The notes under the pieces are model-generated. The model ran no database searches and was not told the DNA's origin. It was given only the letters and a program-made list of their open reading frames with translations. A stretch of DNA of 64,000 nucleotides, taken from NCBI GenBank assembly GCA_052043515.1, contig JBQEQX010000001.1, positions 1,085,726-1,149,725 of the forward strand, written 5' to 3'. Position numbers and translations under genes: made by a program. This document shows positions 1 to 12,590 of the stretch, piece by piece. Source of the DNA: Ehrlichia sp. Lineage in GTDB: Bacteria; Pseudomonadota; Alphaproteobacteria; Rickettsiales; Anaplasmataceae. Position 1 is the first letter of the stretch, and each line of letters opens with the position of its first letter.

Positions 1-832
1 CTCCAGGAGTTTCATATATTCCCCTTGACTTTATTCCTACGTAACGATTTTCTACTATATCGATAATTCCTATTCCATGTTTACCTCCTAGTTCGTTTAG
101 TTGTTGTAACAGGTTTGCTGGAGAAAGGACTACGTCATTTATTGCAAATGGATCTCCTTTTTCATACGAGATTTCTATATATTCTGCTTTATCGGTTGCT
201 AATTCTGGGATTACTGATTTTGAAAGCATAGTATAATCAGGTTCAATATACGGATCCTCCAGGGATTTTCCTTCAAATGAGGTATGTAATAGATTTGCGT
301 CTATAGAATATGGCGGCTCACTAGCCTTGTCTAAAGGAACATCTATTCCATTTTTTTTTGCATATTCTATTAAGCTATTTCTTGAATTTAAATCCCATTG
401 CCGCCATGGTGCAATTACCTTGATATTTGGATCACAGCAATAATATCCAAATTCAAATCTTATTTGGTCATTGCCCTTTCCAGTAGCTCCATGTGCAACA
501 GCATCCGCTTTAGTAAGGTGTGCTATTTCAATTTGTCGCTTAGCTATTAGTGGTCTTGCTATAGATGTTCCAAGTAAATAGTAGCCTTCATAGACAGTAT
601 TTGCCCTAAACATAGGAAACACAAAGTCTCGTACGAACTCTTCTTTCAAGTCTTCTATAAAAATTTCTTTCACATTTAACGCGGCTGCTTTTTTTCTTAT
701 GATAGACATGTCATCATTTTGGCCCAGATCTGCAGTGAATACTACTACCTCGCAATCGTATTTTTCTTGAAGCCATTTTAATATTACCGATGTGTCTAAT
801 CCTCCAGAATAAGCTAATACTATTTTTTTCAT
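1..832 (-). CDS. argG: argininosuccinate synthase (N-terminal part, runs off window)
   Basis: Manual translation from ATG at 832: [15 protein letters not shown]...[10 protein letters not shown]...[13 protein letters not shown]...[11 protein letters not shown]; not in ORF track because it is truncated by the window edge. Confidence 0.97.
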   Translation of the reverse strand, partial: MKKIVLAYSGGLDTSVILKWLQEKYDCEVVVFTADLGQNDDMSIIRKKAAALNVKEIFIEDLKEEFVRDFVFPMFRANTVYEGYYLLGTSIARPLIAKRQIEIAHLTKADAVAHGATGKGNDQIRFEFGYYCCDPNIKVIAPWRQWDLNSRNSLIEYAKKNGIDVPLDKASEPPYSIDANLLHTSFEGKSLEDPYIEPDYTMLSKSVIPELATDKAEYIEISYEKGDPFAINDVVLSPANLLQQLNELGGKHGIGIIDIVENRYVGIKSRGIYETPG

Positions 833-995
833 GATATAAATATAATAAGTATGTAAGTAAACTCAACATTCTAGTACGTTTTTATTAGAATGACAACTCA
901 TTACTTATTTTGATGGTTTCATATTTAATTAATAGAACAGTGTTGAAAAAATTATATAATACGTATGCTTTATTTAATTAATTAAACTATCTTGT

Positions 996-1685
996 ATGAT
1001 GAGAGTTATTTTGTATTTATGGATCATATTTTTATCATTAATTTACCCAGTTGGTAATATGGCATTTGCTAAAAGCATTAAAAATAATTTTCTAGGTGAT
1101 TTTTATATTAGTGGATTTTATGGGTATGACAAAAAAGTATTAGAATTTAAAAATGGAGATAGATATTTAGATTTTGATTTTAATGCAAATAATGTGCTTG
1201 GACATAGTGGAGGGTTAATGTTGGGTTACATATGTGCTAGTGCTTCTCCAAGTAATTTTAGAACTGAATTAGAAATTATGTATGTGACTAAAAAGAAGTT
1301 TATTAATACAGAAAATATGAGTGAAGAATTATTGGAGATGAGAAAGTTATATTGGAATACTGATAGTAGATATAAAGTCTTGTTTAACTTGTACTATGAT
1401 ATTGGCAATTTCTTTAGTATTAGAGATCTTGCTTTATATTTGGGTTCAGGAATTAATATGCAGAGTTTTGTTAATAAACTATTAAAAGATAGCTCTTTAG
1501 ATAATAGGATTATGATGCAAGCTATGGTTGGGATTAAATATAAGTTACTACCTAATGTTAGTGTATATAGCGGATATAGGTATTTTATTAATTATATCTT
1601 GCCTAAAAAAGATGATGTTAATTTTAAGTATTATCGTGTTTTAGCATCTAGTGGATTTATATTTGGTTTAGCATTTATTTTTTAA
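996..1685 (+). CDS. putative outer-membrane beta-barrel protein (P44/Msp2/P28-like)
   Basis: Signal peptide, FYISGFYGY, RTELE, NLYYDI, VYSGYRY strands and C-terminal Phe. Confidence 0.65.
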   Translation: MMRVILYLWIIFLSLIYPVGNMAFAKSIKNNFLGDFYISGFYGYDKKVLEFKNGDRYLDFDFNANNVLGHSGGLMLGYICASASPSNFRTELEIMYVTKKKFINTENMSEELLEMRKLYWNTDSRYKVLFNLYYDIGNFFSIRDLALYLGSGINMQSFVNKLLKDSSLDNRIMMQAMVGIKYKLLPNVSVYSGYRYFINYILPKKDDVNFKYYRVLASSGFIFGLAFIF

Positions 1686-2162
1686 AGTGTATGTTTTGGT
1701 AAACAATATTCTATACTTATATCTATACTTATGTGGTTTATTGAGTATTGATTCTTCTTTTATTGCTTATCGAAGTCTTACTATTAGGATCTATATAGCA
1801 TTACTACATGTTTGCTGTCTTTTTAAGAAGATGAATTGATATTTTGTGTTATGCTGTACTGTGTTTTTTATTTAGAATTGCAAGGTCGCGATATACGGTC
1901 TGTTTGTATGGTATAATAAGATTCATTGTAATAAGAAAGTCATTTTTACTATGAGAGAATACCTTGTTACAATATAGCTCTGGTTACTGATTGTCTTTAA
2001 TTATATTTGTTGTAAGTTGGCACATGCTCTAACAACTTTGTTTCACTATATAATGTTGTTTTTTTTCTAATGACCTGGTGGCATTAGTTGATTAAATTTT
2101 TATGTTGACTTGCTACTAAAGAATTATATATCTGATATATAATTAATATTTTTATATTTCTT

Positions 2163-2856
2163 ATGAAGAATTATATATATGTAGCTATATATTTTGTAGT
2201 AGTTGCATTTAGTTATGAAGCAATGGCCACACCTGTTTACGTTAAAGGGGGTTATAATTTCGGCGTAAGTTATTCTGATAGTTTTAGGTCAGAATACGTG
2301 GATTATAAGCAAGTTAATGTAGATTTGGCTACTGCAATTGGGTATGTGATACAGAGTGGTTTTTTTTATGAATTTGAAGTAAGATATGCAAATATAAAAA
2401 CTGCAATCCAAAAATTATCTGATTTTGAAAAAATAGACTTAATCAATATATTTCAGAGGATTCTTGATGAAAAAGTTTATGTGTCTAAGATAGAAAGCAT
2501 GCTTGAAATTAATAGTGTTACGGCTCTTATTAATTGTGGATATAATTATGTCATTAATAACAAATTAGTTGGATATTTAAGTTATGGAGTTGGTGTTGGT
2601 GGTGTATTGAATTATCAGGGATTTAGAAATAGTGCTGCTAGTCATTATGGTATCAGTATGCAGAGTGAAATTGGATTATGTTACCTTTATAATGGGAAAG
2701 CAAGCTTATGTGCAGGATATAATTATTTAAAGAATTATTGGAAATATGATACAAACAAAATTTATGATGAGGAAGGAAATACAGTGATGTATCACTTTCA
2801 AAAATTTTCAGTTAAATTCTCATGTAATATTTGTTGGCTTGAAATTTTTGCTTTAA
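2163..2856 (+). CDS. putative outer-membrane beta-barrel protein, probable paralog of upstream gene (1 homopolymer frameshift near 2800)
   Basis: Signal peptide, VYVKGGYNFG, alternating aromatic strands; removing one base in the aaaaatttt run gives C-terminus NFQLNSHVIFVGLKFLL* at 2856. Confidence 0.6.
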
Positions 2857-3271
2857 TTATTTTATATATATTCTATAAACTATGTGTTATAATCATTTGA
2901 ATTTCTGCTTTATGTTTTGTAGACTTTTTGTTGTGTTTTATCTATAAGTTTGGAAGTTTGGTCCGTTTTAGTTAACTTTAATAGAGTAAAGATACGCGTA
3001 TAGTTTTGTTCAAATGTGATTTGTTAAAATAAAATGGTTTTAATTTGAACTGAATTATTCGAGTTTTATGTTTATTTATAATGTGGGGTTATACTTTTTG
3101 TTAATTCGGTTTATTTATATTGAGTGTTTTGCTGATACTATAAATTGAGCATGCTAAATGTATATTGTAATGTGTCACGCATTTATTTAATGCAGTACTT
3201 TGAAGTTAGTTTTTAAAATAACTTTCTTGCATTATACAATGATACTTCGTATAACTTAAGAAATATAGATT

Positions 3272-4556
3272 ATGATCGGTGATATAGATATGGCTGAGGG
3301 TTTCTACGTTACTTCCACTTCAAGTAAATTTCCAATATCTCCTCTTGCTCCAAGTAGCTTTCCTATAATGCCTGAAGTTAATGGAGTTGAATTGTATTCC
3401 TTTTCTTCTGGTATTAAAGTTTCAGGTAATCCAGATCTTTTAATAGTAAAAATGCCGGATAATACCAGTGTCGCTGGTGTTTTTACAAATTCTTATACAG
3501 CAGGTAGTAATATTGAGCATTGTAGGAGTATTCTTCCTTATGGTAAAGCGAAAGTTCTAGTTGTTAATTCTGGTAACGCCAACGTTGCTGTTGGAGCGAA
3601 TGGTTATGAAGTTGTTATGGAAGTTACAAAATTATGTGCAGAGAGGTTTTGTTGTTCTACCGAAGAGGTATACTTTTGTTCTACAGGAGTTATAGGTGTT
3701 CCTTTGCCGGTTGATAAAATTAAATCTGTTATCCTTAATTCTACATTGAAAATTTCTGGAAATCCCTGGGGTGATGCTGCTAATGCTATCATGACTACAG
3801 ATACTTTTCCGAAGATGGTAACGAAAGAAACATCAATTGCTGGTAAAAAAAGTTGTTCTTAACGGAATATGTAAAGGTTCTGGTATGATTGCGCCAAATA
3901 TGGCGACCATGCTAGCATATGTTTTTACTGATGCTAATATTAGATCGGATGTGCTACAGAAATTGTTAAGTCAGTATGTCGATGTGTCTTTTAATAGTAT
4001 TACTGTTGATGGTGATACATCTACTAGTGATTCAGTATTACTATTTGCAACGAATCTTGTTGACCATAAACAAATCTGTTGTGTTGATGATGAATTAATT
4101 GATGATTTTAAAATTGCTTTAAAAGGAGTGCTTATAGAAATGGCACATCTCATTGTAAAAGACGGAGAGGGAGCAAGTAAGTTTATTACAATTGATGTTA
4201 AAAATGCTGTTTCATTGAAATCTGCTAGAAATTTAGCATTTTCCATAGCAAATTCTCCGCTTGTAAAGACTGCTATAGGAGGTGGTGATGCTAATTGGGG
4301 CAGAATAATAATGGCTATAGGTAAAGCAGGGGAACCATTAAATAAGAACGAAGTCTCAATAAAGGTGGGAGATAATATTATAGTTAGAAATGGTGAAATT
4401 AGTCCTGATTACATTAAAGAATCTGTCGATAGATATATGAAAAATAAAGATATTTATATTCAGGTTGACGTTAATACCGGTAATTTTGATGTTACTGTAT
4501 GGACATGTGATTTAACTAATCAGTTTATTGATATTAATGCTAAATATTTTACTTAA
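3272..4556 (+). CDS. argJ: bifunctional glutamate N-acetyltransferase/amino-acid acetyltransferase (1 frameshift, A7 at 3845-3851)
   Basis: VNSGNAN, STGVIG, AIMTTDT, KGSGMIAPNMATML, DGDTSTSD, KDGEGA motifs across two ORFs. Confidence 0.96.
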
Positions 4557-4588
4557 TGTGTGTTTGTACTACTTGTTGGAAAATTATC

Positions 4589-5425
4589 ATGACTTTAAGA
4601 GTAGCAACATGGAATGTAAATTCTATCAGAAAGAGGTTAAATCACGTATGCACTTGGTTGATTAAGTCTGATGTTGATATTGCTTTGTTGCAGGAAATAA
4701 AATGTACAAACGAGCAATTTCCTTTCTCAGAAATAGAGTCTTTGGGATATAAATGTTATGTACATGGGCAAAAGGCTAGAAATGGAGTAGCAATTATAAC
4801 AAAATATCCCACAATTGAAGAATTAGTGACAAGTATTTTTTTTTTAGATTGTAAGTCCAGTGTATGCTATAAATTAAGTTCTAAGGATTTTATTTATAAT
4901 TGTGAAGAGTCTCGTTATTTAGAATGTGTGATTTTGTATAATGGCGTCAAAGTTCGTGTTGCTAGCGTATATATTCCCAATGGTCAGAATGTTGATTCTG
5001 ATGCTTTTCAATATAAGCTTGGATTTCTTGATCAGTTAAGAGAATATATATTTCATCTGCTTAAAAAAGAAGAAATTTTTATATTAGGCGGTGATTATAA
5101 TGTTGCATCTTACCCTATAGATGTATATGCATCTGAAATCATGGATGGTAAATTATGTTTTCATAAATCTGAAAGAGAAAGATTTCGTTCCATTTTAAAT
5201 TTAGGGTTGATAGATGCTTTTCGTATGTTAAATGAGAATGAAAAAAAATTTACTTGGTGGAATTATAAGGCAGGTGCGTGGCAAGAAAATAAAGGCTTGA
5301 GAATAGATAGTTTACTATTGTCACCGCAGGCCGCAGATAGGTTATCTTGTTGCATTATTAATGATGAACTTAGAGGATTACACTTACCGTCTGATCACGT
5401 TCCTGTTGTATGCGATCTTAACTAG
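4589..5425 (+). CDS. xth: exodeoxyribonuclease III
   Basis: ATWNVNS, LQEIK, GDYNV, GLRID, SDHVP motifs; likely start MTLRVATWN. Confidence 0.95.
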   Translation: MTLRVATWNVNSIRKRLNHVCTWLIKSDVDIALLQEIKCTNEQFPFSEIESLGYKCYVHGQKARNGVAIITKYPTIEELVTSIFFLDCKSSVCYKLSSKDFIYNCEESRYLECVILYNGVKVRVASVYIPNGQNVDSDAFQYKLGFLDQLREYIFHLLKKEEIFILGGDYNVASYPIDVYASEIMDGKLCFHKSERERFRSILNLGLIDAFRMLNENEKKFTWWNYKAGAWQENKGLRIDSLLLSPQAADRLSCCIINDELRGLHLPSDHVPVVCDLN

Positions 5426-5556
5426 AATATGTATGCTTTCAACCTATTGTTTTTTTATAAGAGAGCTTGTGGGTATATGCGTATGGCGGTAGATTGTCAT
5501 TTTACTTATAGTTAGAGTTGATATGTAAATTTATCGTTTCCCGTTAGTGGTTGTGT

Positions 5557-6302
5557 TTATAGTATGTGTTGCATTGATCCATTTTGAAAAGAAGATGTAG
5601 CATTGTTGAATTCTGTGATTTCTGTATATGCATCTAATGATGCTGGTGGGACTTCTTCTTGCATAGTTTTCATACACACTAATGAAATTATAATCGTTAT
5701 GTGTCCTGTTAATAATGAAATTTTGAAGATATTTTTTTCAAGAGAGTTGTATTTTATAAAAAAAACTTGAAAACGTCAAACTTGCATTTACTACTGATAT
5801 AATTAATTTTGCAATCCAATTTGTAATTGACCATATTACGTATTTTGTTGATTTTGATTCATTGTTTAAATTTTTTAACTGTTTAACATTTGTATTTAAT
5901 GATATTGAACCATGCGCTATAGTGAAAAGTGAAGATAATATATTGAATATAGAAACAGCAGTTTGCATTTGTTGGTTATATGGTAAGATTGCCAGACAGA
6001 TAGTGAATACGATAATAACGCATCTCTTCACTATAGATCCTAGGTGGTTAACTAACTCTTTTTTTTCAATGGGTTTTTTTACCTTGAAAGTGCTTTATCA
6101 AGATATTTGTGTTATAACATACATTGATGCTATAGAGTAATATTGTGCATATTGGTAATATTATAATGTATTGCGATATGACATTTTTGATGGAATGTGG
6201 GATACTTGATATTGATTTTATTATAAAAAAAATGTTCCATAACATTAATATTATTATTGTGGCTATGTAATTGCAAAGTTTGTATTTGTTGAACTTTTTC
6301 AT
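5557..6302 (-). CDS. lineage-specific multi-pass membrane hypothetical protein (~247 aa after 2 homopolymer corrections)
   Basis: ORFs 6066-6326 and 5738-6031 join via homopolymer runs and continue to a stop at 5557; several hydrophobic segments. Confidence 0.6.
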
Positions 6303-6691
6303 AATATTACTTGAATATTGTATCAAATAACCGGTTTACCTATTAGAGACATTAGGTTTCATACACCAAATATGTCAGAGAAAGTAGCTTTTATGATGAA
6401 AAGTGTTTTCCTTCATCTATATCAATAAATCTTAATTATTTCAATATATTTTTTGAGTTTTATTATAATATGTATTGAATTTATTTCATATATTGTACTT
6501 AAATATCATAAAATTATGCTACTTTTTCTGTATGTTTATATTATGTAAGATAAGTATAAGGTAATTTTTCTATTTACAAGGAGGTCTGTTTATTAATGGA
6601 AATTGATGCATGATAAGTTGGTGTATTATACTGTATTTCAGAGATATATATTGCAATTATGTTGATCGTATGTTATACGGTCAATTAGAGT

Positions 6692-6763
6692 GGCTAGGTA
6701 GCTCAGTGGTAGAGCAGGAGAATCATAATCTCTTGGTCGTGGGTTCGAATCCCTCCTTAGCCA
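6692..6763 (+). tRNA. tRNA-Met(CAT), probably elongator
   Basis: GGCTAGG acceptor arm pairing with CTTAGCC, D-arm GCTCAGTGGTAGAGC, anticodon loop ATCATAA, T-loop GGTTCGAATCC. Confidence 0.92.
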
Positions 6764-7554
6764 CCCGCGATTCGTTAAGTCTCATATATTTAATATCTGT
6801 TACATTTGAAAGGTCTGAATTGATGGATGAATCTATATTGAGCATTATGGCTAAGATAGTTATGCTTGCTATAGTACATAATATCCTGATTATTGGTCCA
6901 AGAGGATAGTTAGTCGGGCCTTGGTTACTGTGATTTTCTGTATTGAATAATGCAAAAGATTGTGTTTGTTCTAACACGTTAATAATCTTTCCAATAAATG
7001 CTATGAGATTGACAGCTAATGCGGCTATAGATAAATGAAATAGAACGTCCATTTTATTTTGTTTATCTATGTCCTTATTTGTTTTTTTTTGATGGTAATT
7101 GAAGTATATTAATAATGGTGAGGCTATTAGTATTTTGATTAATATGCAAGTAAAATCCACAGCTCCTTTAGCATGAATCGCGGATTTGTTACTTGCCACT
7201 ATCTCTAGATTGCCCATTGCTACTTTAATTACGGCAATTGCTTGTATTACTATTGCAATCATAGTGCTCAATAATTCAGCTATATGTGCTGTTTTTTTTG
7301 TATTTTGTAAATGGATTTTTATTGATACTAGAGTCAGTGGATTTTAATTCGTGGAGTGCTAATAGAAATAGTATACCGCGTGCTGATAAAACTATTAGTA
7401 CATTGATTAACAGCAAATTTTTAGCACTAAGCGGAGACGGTATCCTAATTAGTTGTATTAGAATTGCTAGAAGGAATACGTTAAAATATATGATATTTGC
7501 AGAAAATGCCAAACAGTATTTAATTCTATGTTGTAAATTACTAGAGAGATACAT
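6723..7554 (-). CDS. lineage-specific multi-pass membrane hypothetical protein (1 frameshift near 7292-7299)
   Basis: ORFs 7276-7554 and 6723-7271 join by removing one base in a T-run; multiple hydrophobic segments. Confidence 0.6.
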
Positions 7555-7583
7555 GTCTCTTAATCTATTGATTAATTGATTAA

Positions 7584-8321
7584 TTAATGCATTAACAGTC
7601 CACCATTAACATGTATAGTTTGACCTGTAATATAGCAGCTCTCATCACTAACCAAGAATAAAACTGCAGCAGCCACTTCTTCTGGAGTACCCATTCTTTG
7701 CATAGGAATATGGTTTATAATATTACCACATTGTTCTTTTGATAATACACCTGTCATTGGCGTAGAAATGAAGCCTGGTGCTATGCAATTTACTGTGATA
7801 TTTCTACTTGCGAATTCTCTTGCTATGGATTTGCTCATAGCTATCATTCCAGCCTTGGATGCAGCATAGCTCGCTTGTCCAGGATTACCGGTAAATCCTA
7901 TAACTGAAGAAATATTAACTACTCTCCCTTGACTGTTTTTCAGCATTGCACGGCATGCGTTACGATTTAATTTAAAGGTTGTAGTTAAATTTGTATTGAT
8001 TACTTTGTGCCAATCTTCATCGGAAGTACGTAATGTTAATTTATCTAATGTAATACCAGCATTACATATTATTCCGTCAATTCCAGACATGAACTTGCAA
8101 GCATTATCAACTAGACTATTAATTTGTTCATCATTTGTCAAATCACATGGTAATACATGTATATTGCCTGATAACTGTTCTGCAATTTTTTGTAAAATAT
8201 GTTCTTTTGTTCCTGAAATACAAAGCGTAGCTCCTGCTTCTGATAGTGTTTTAGTTATTGCCTGTCCTATACCTCCAGATGCCCCAGTAATTAGAAATCT
8301 TTTTTGTAATAAATTAAACAT
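7584..8321 (-). CDS. fabG: 3-oxoacyl-ACP reductase
   Basis: TGASGGIG, NAGIT, YAASKAG, APGFI SDR motifs. Confidence 0.96.
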   Translation of the reverse strand: MFNLLQKRFLITGASGGIGQAITKTLSEAGATLCISGTKEHILQKIAEQLSGNIHVLPCDLTNDEQINSLVDNACKFMSGIDGIICNAGITLDKLTLRTSDEDWHKVINTNLTTTFKLNRNACRAMLKNSQGRVVNISSVIGFTGNPGQASYAASKAGMIAMSKSIAREFASRNITVNCIAPGFISTPMTGVLSKEQCGNIINHIPMQRMGTPEEVAAAVLFLVSDESCYITGQTIHVNGGLLMH

Positions 8322-9066
8322 ATCAACCCTAAAATTTATATACTATTAAGTATAACATATATTATAATGTTTTCTATAATCAATTGTTGCTCTGTTTTAA
8401 TGTTAAGATTTTATTGTTGTATGTTTTTTTAGGTTATATGAATTGATTATTGTTATGTTTTGTATTGTCGATCCAGTGATGTATAGTATGTATGTACGTT
8501 ATTATTAAAGTAAATTGAAAAGTGTAATTGATGGTCAAAAGTGTGTAATTTTTTATGTGCGATTTCAGTAGATTAGTGTTGATAATAATTTTTATCCTAT
8601 GTTTTGTGTTGATTTAATGTGGGGATATTTGTAAGCAAAAGTGTGATTATGAAAGCAATGTTTACATCATGGTAAGAGTGCGTGCCTTTAAGTGATGAAG
8701 TATTGGTGGGTTATGTGTAAATTTTGGTAATAATTAATAATATCTGTGAGATGTATGAATTTAAAAAATTTTTTTATAGCAATTCTAACAGGCTTACAAT
8801 GATGTGTATTATTTAGTATATATTTGATGTGTGCTACCAGCTTATACAGTGTTTGAAGTATTTTATTTTATGCTGTCAGTTAATAATCGTACAAGAATGA
8901 TAAGGAATGAATTTTTATAGAATGTAGTTAATATTTATGATAAACAATATGTTTGATTTTTCTATTAGTATGTTTAATTATCAGCTTTTAGGGAATTTTT
9001 TTAAATGTTCTAATGCTAGGTGGCAGTTACTGTTGCAAGTATAAATATTGATGGGAGATATGGAAA

Positions 9067-12000
9067 ATGATAAGTGCACTACAAGCGCCAAATGAAATAC
9101 GTAAACGCATGCAAATGTTCTATCGCGTAGAAGAAAATAGTTATGCAAGATATTTAACAGAGAAAACAGAAATATTACAGGATTCTAAAATTAGAATTTA
9201 TAGTATTGCAAAGCAGATAATAGAAAAAATAAGAATAGACAGGAATATAGGTATAGTAGATGCGTTTATGCAGGAATACGGGTTGTCTAATGATGAAGGC
9301 ATAGCACTCATGTGCTTGGCAGAATCCTTATTAAGAATACCAGACGATTGTACAATCAATGACCTAATAAAAGATAAACTAGCAAATAACATGTGGAGTA
9401 ATCACATAGGTGGATCTTCATCGGTATTTGTTAATGCAGCAACTTGGGGTTTGTTTATAGGTGGAAGGGTATTAAAAGAAAAAGGCGACAATGCAAGATG
9501 GTTTAGTACAGTAAATAATCTACTAAAAACAATGGGTGAGCCTATCATTAGGAAAGCAGTGCAGCAAGCAATGTATATATTGGGGAAGCATTTTATAAAG
9601 GGCAGAGATATCACAGAAGCTCTTGAGAGTAGAAAAGAAGGGGAGTTATACTCATTTGATATATTAGGGGAAGCTGCTAAAACAAAAAGGGATGCAGAAA
9701 AATATTTCAGTGAATATATGAAAGCAATAGATAGTATAGGGAGGTCTAAAGGTGGAAGTGCGACAGGAAATTTAGTGGATTATGATGAAATTTCAGTGAA
9801 AATATCAGCGTTGCACAATAGATATGAATTTTCGCAGGTGGATGAAGTATTAGATGAAATAGTAGGCAGATTACTAGAAATATGTGGATTAGCAAAAAAA
9901 ATATAACATTCGTGTGTGTATTGATGCAGAAGAGGCAAGTAGATTAGAAATGTCATTGATGATACTTGAAAAGTTAAGGTTTGATAGTAGTTTAGATGCA
10001 TGGGAAGGGTTGGGATTAGCTGTTCAGGCATACCAAAAAAGAGCATTTTCAGTATTAGATTTTGTGGAAGATATAGCAGTAAAGTCAGGTCATAAAATAA
10101 TGGTAAGGCTTGTGAAAGGTGCATATTGGGATTATGAAATAAAAACTGCACAAGAATTGGGTCTAAGTAGTTATCCAGTATTTACAAGGAAAGTATATAC
10201 TGATGTGTCATATTTGGCATGTGCAAATAAGATTTTGAGTAAGTCGAATACTTTTTATCCATGTTTTGCTACCCATAATGCTTATACTTTAGCTGCAATA
10301 CTAGAAATGGCAGATAAAGATCATCCTGGATTTGAATTTCAGAGGTTGCATGGTATGGGAGCTAATTTATACGAATATGTTACACAGGAATTAGCTGCGA
10401 ATATAAAATGTAGGGTTTATGCCCCAGTTGGAAGCTATCAGGATTTACTTCCTTATCTAATCAGAAGATTGTTAGAAAATGGAGCGAATAGTTCATTTAT
10501 TAATCAATTAAATGATACTAATGTAACATTGGAGCAGTTAATAGAAGATCCATTGGAGAAGGCAAAAGCTTTAGAGTATTTACCTCATCCTAATATACCA
10601 TTGCCAAGGGATATATTTGGACATGATAGGATTAATTCTGCGGGTATTGATATTACTGATTCCGTTACGTTGGCGAATTTGAATGAAGAGATGAAGTGTT
10701 ATCAAACTTATAAATTTAGGGCAATGTCGATTATAAATGGAGAGGAGTTAGAGAATGATTTTATGGAGGTGTTTTCTCCGGCAAATTCTGATGATGTTGT
10801 AGGTGAGGTATCATTTGCTAATCCTAAGCATGCCTTGTCAGCTTTAGATATAGCATATGATGCATTTAAGGGGTGGAGTAATGTTTCTGTATCTACTCGT
10901 GCTGCAATATTAGAAAAGGCAGCTGATTTAATAGAAGATAACAAGGTAAAATTAATAATGTTACTCATTAGAGAAGGAGGCAAAGTCATTTCTGATGCCA
11001 TTGCAGAAATAAGGGAGGCTGTTGATTTTTTGCGTTATTATGCAGTTCTCGGAAGACAGGAATTAGAGATGTCCAAAAAATTATCTGGTCCTGTAGGGGA
11101 AGACAATTACCTTTATTTTAAAAGCAGAGGTGTGTTTGTGTGTATATCACCATGGAATTTTCCTTTGGCAATATTTATTGGTCCTATTGCTGCGGCATTA
11201 GTGACTGGAAATACTGTAATTGCGAAACCTGCTGAGCAAACTTCAATTGTAGCATACGAAGCATTAAAGTTATTATATGATGCCGGAGTACCAAAAGAAG
11301 CACTGCATTTATTACTTGGGGATGGAAAAGAGTTAGGTGAGGTATTACTAAAGAATGAAAAAATAGGAGGTGTGGTATTTACTGGCTCAACTGAGACAGC
11401 AAGGATGATTAACCAATCTATTGCAGAGAAGGAAGGTGGCATTATTCCATTTATAGCTGAAACTGGCGGTTTAAATACTATGGTAACTGATACTTCTGCA
11501 TTAATAGAGCAAGTTACAAATGATGTGATTACATCAGCGTTTAAGAGTGCTGGACAAAGATGTTCAGCGTTAAGGGTATTGTTTGTGCAAGAAGAAATAG
11601 CAGAAAAACAGATTGAAATGATTTGTGGAGCCATGGAGGATTTGGTTATGGGCGATCCTATGCTGTTAAAGACTGATATAGGACCTGTGATAGATAAAGC
11701 ATCACGAGAGATGTTGGTGGTTCATGCGGATAGGATGTCACGAGAAGGAAAGCTGTTGTGTAAAGTTAAAATGAATGAAAGTTGTGAAAAAGGATGTTTT
11801 TTTCCACCATGTGCATATGAGATAGAAAGTATATCTCAATTGAAGAAGGAAGTATTTGGTCCGATATTACATATAATTCGTTATAAGAAAGGAGACCTAC
11901 ATAAAATTCTGAATGAAATTAATAGTACAGGGTATGGTCTGACATTTGCTGTACAGAGTAGAGTACAGAGCAACATTGATAATATTATTGATAGGGTGAA

Positions 12001-12202
12001 TGTTGGGAATGTATATGTGAATAGGAATCAGGTCGGTGCAGTAGTTGGTGTACAGCCTTTTGGAGGGCAAGGGTTATCTGGTACTGGTCCTAAAGCAGGA
12101 GGACCTTATTATTTGCACAGATTTCTGGTTGAAAAGGTCATAACCATTAACACCACAGCTCTGGGAGGAAATACTTCCTTAATGTGTTTAAGCGATCAAT
12201 AA
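9067..12202 (+). CDS. putA: bifunctional proline dehydrogenase / P5C dehydrogenase (1 frameshift, A8 at 9894-9901)
   Basis: LMCLAESLLRIPD, SFDILGE, RLVKGAYWD, RRLLENGANSSF, ISPWNFPLAIF, SAGQRCSA. Confidence 0.97.
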
Positions 12203-12590
12203 GAATTTTGATAGTGTATGGTAAAATGTCAATCTGTTCTATGGTATTTTGTGATATTTCTCTTTTATGTTTTATACCATTTCCTGTGATCATTTCTATC
12301 ATAGTAATGTTGAGTATGGAATATTTCTTGCGTGATGGGTATTGTTATAATTTTACTTTCCATTAATAGGATGTGGATAAAGATTGGATTGCGCCTGTCT
12401 GTTATCTTAATAAACTATGTTAGATACGGTAATTATACCTTGTTGCTTTTATGATGATCTTCAGTAAGACCGTTTGGTACATTGTTTTTTTTATGTACTA
12501 GTACTGTTAAACTTTATGTTTTAAAGTTGTCGTTTCTGTTTATGGTTTTATGATATATAATACTATATTGTTTATAGATGAAGAGTTGTA

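Noticed and set aside
6610..6909. 99-aa plus-strand ORF
   Set aside because: Reads through tRNA-Met and antisense to a membrane gene; spurious
9198..11634. Several minus-strand ORFs inside putA (likewise inside argJ, fabG, hscA, iscS, pyrB, gyrB, nuoG)
   Set aside because: Antisense shadows of well-supported genes with no independent motifs
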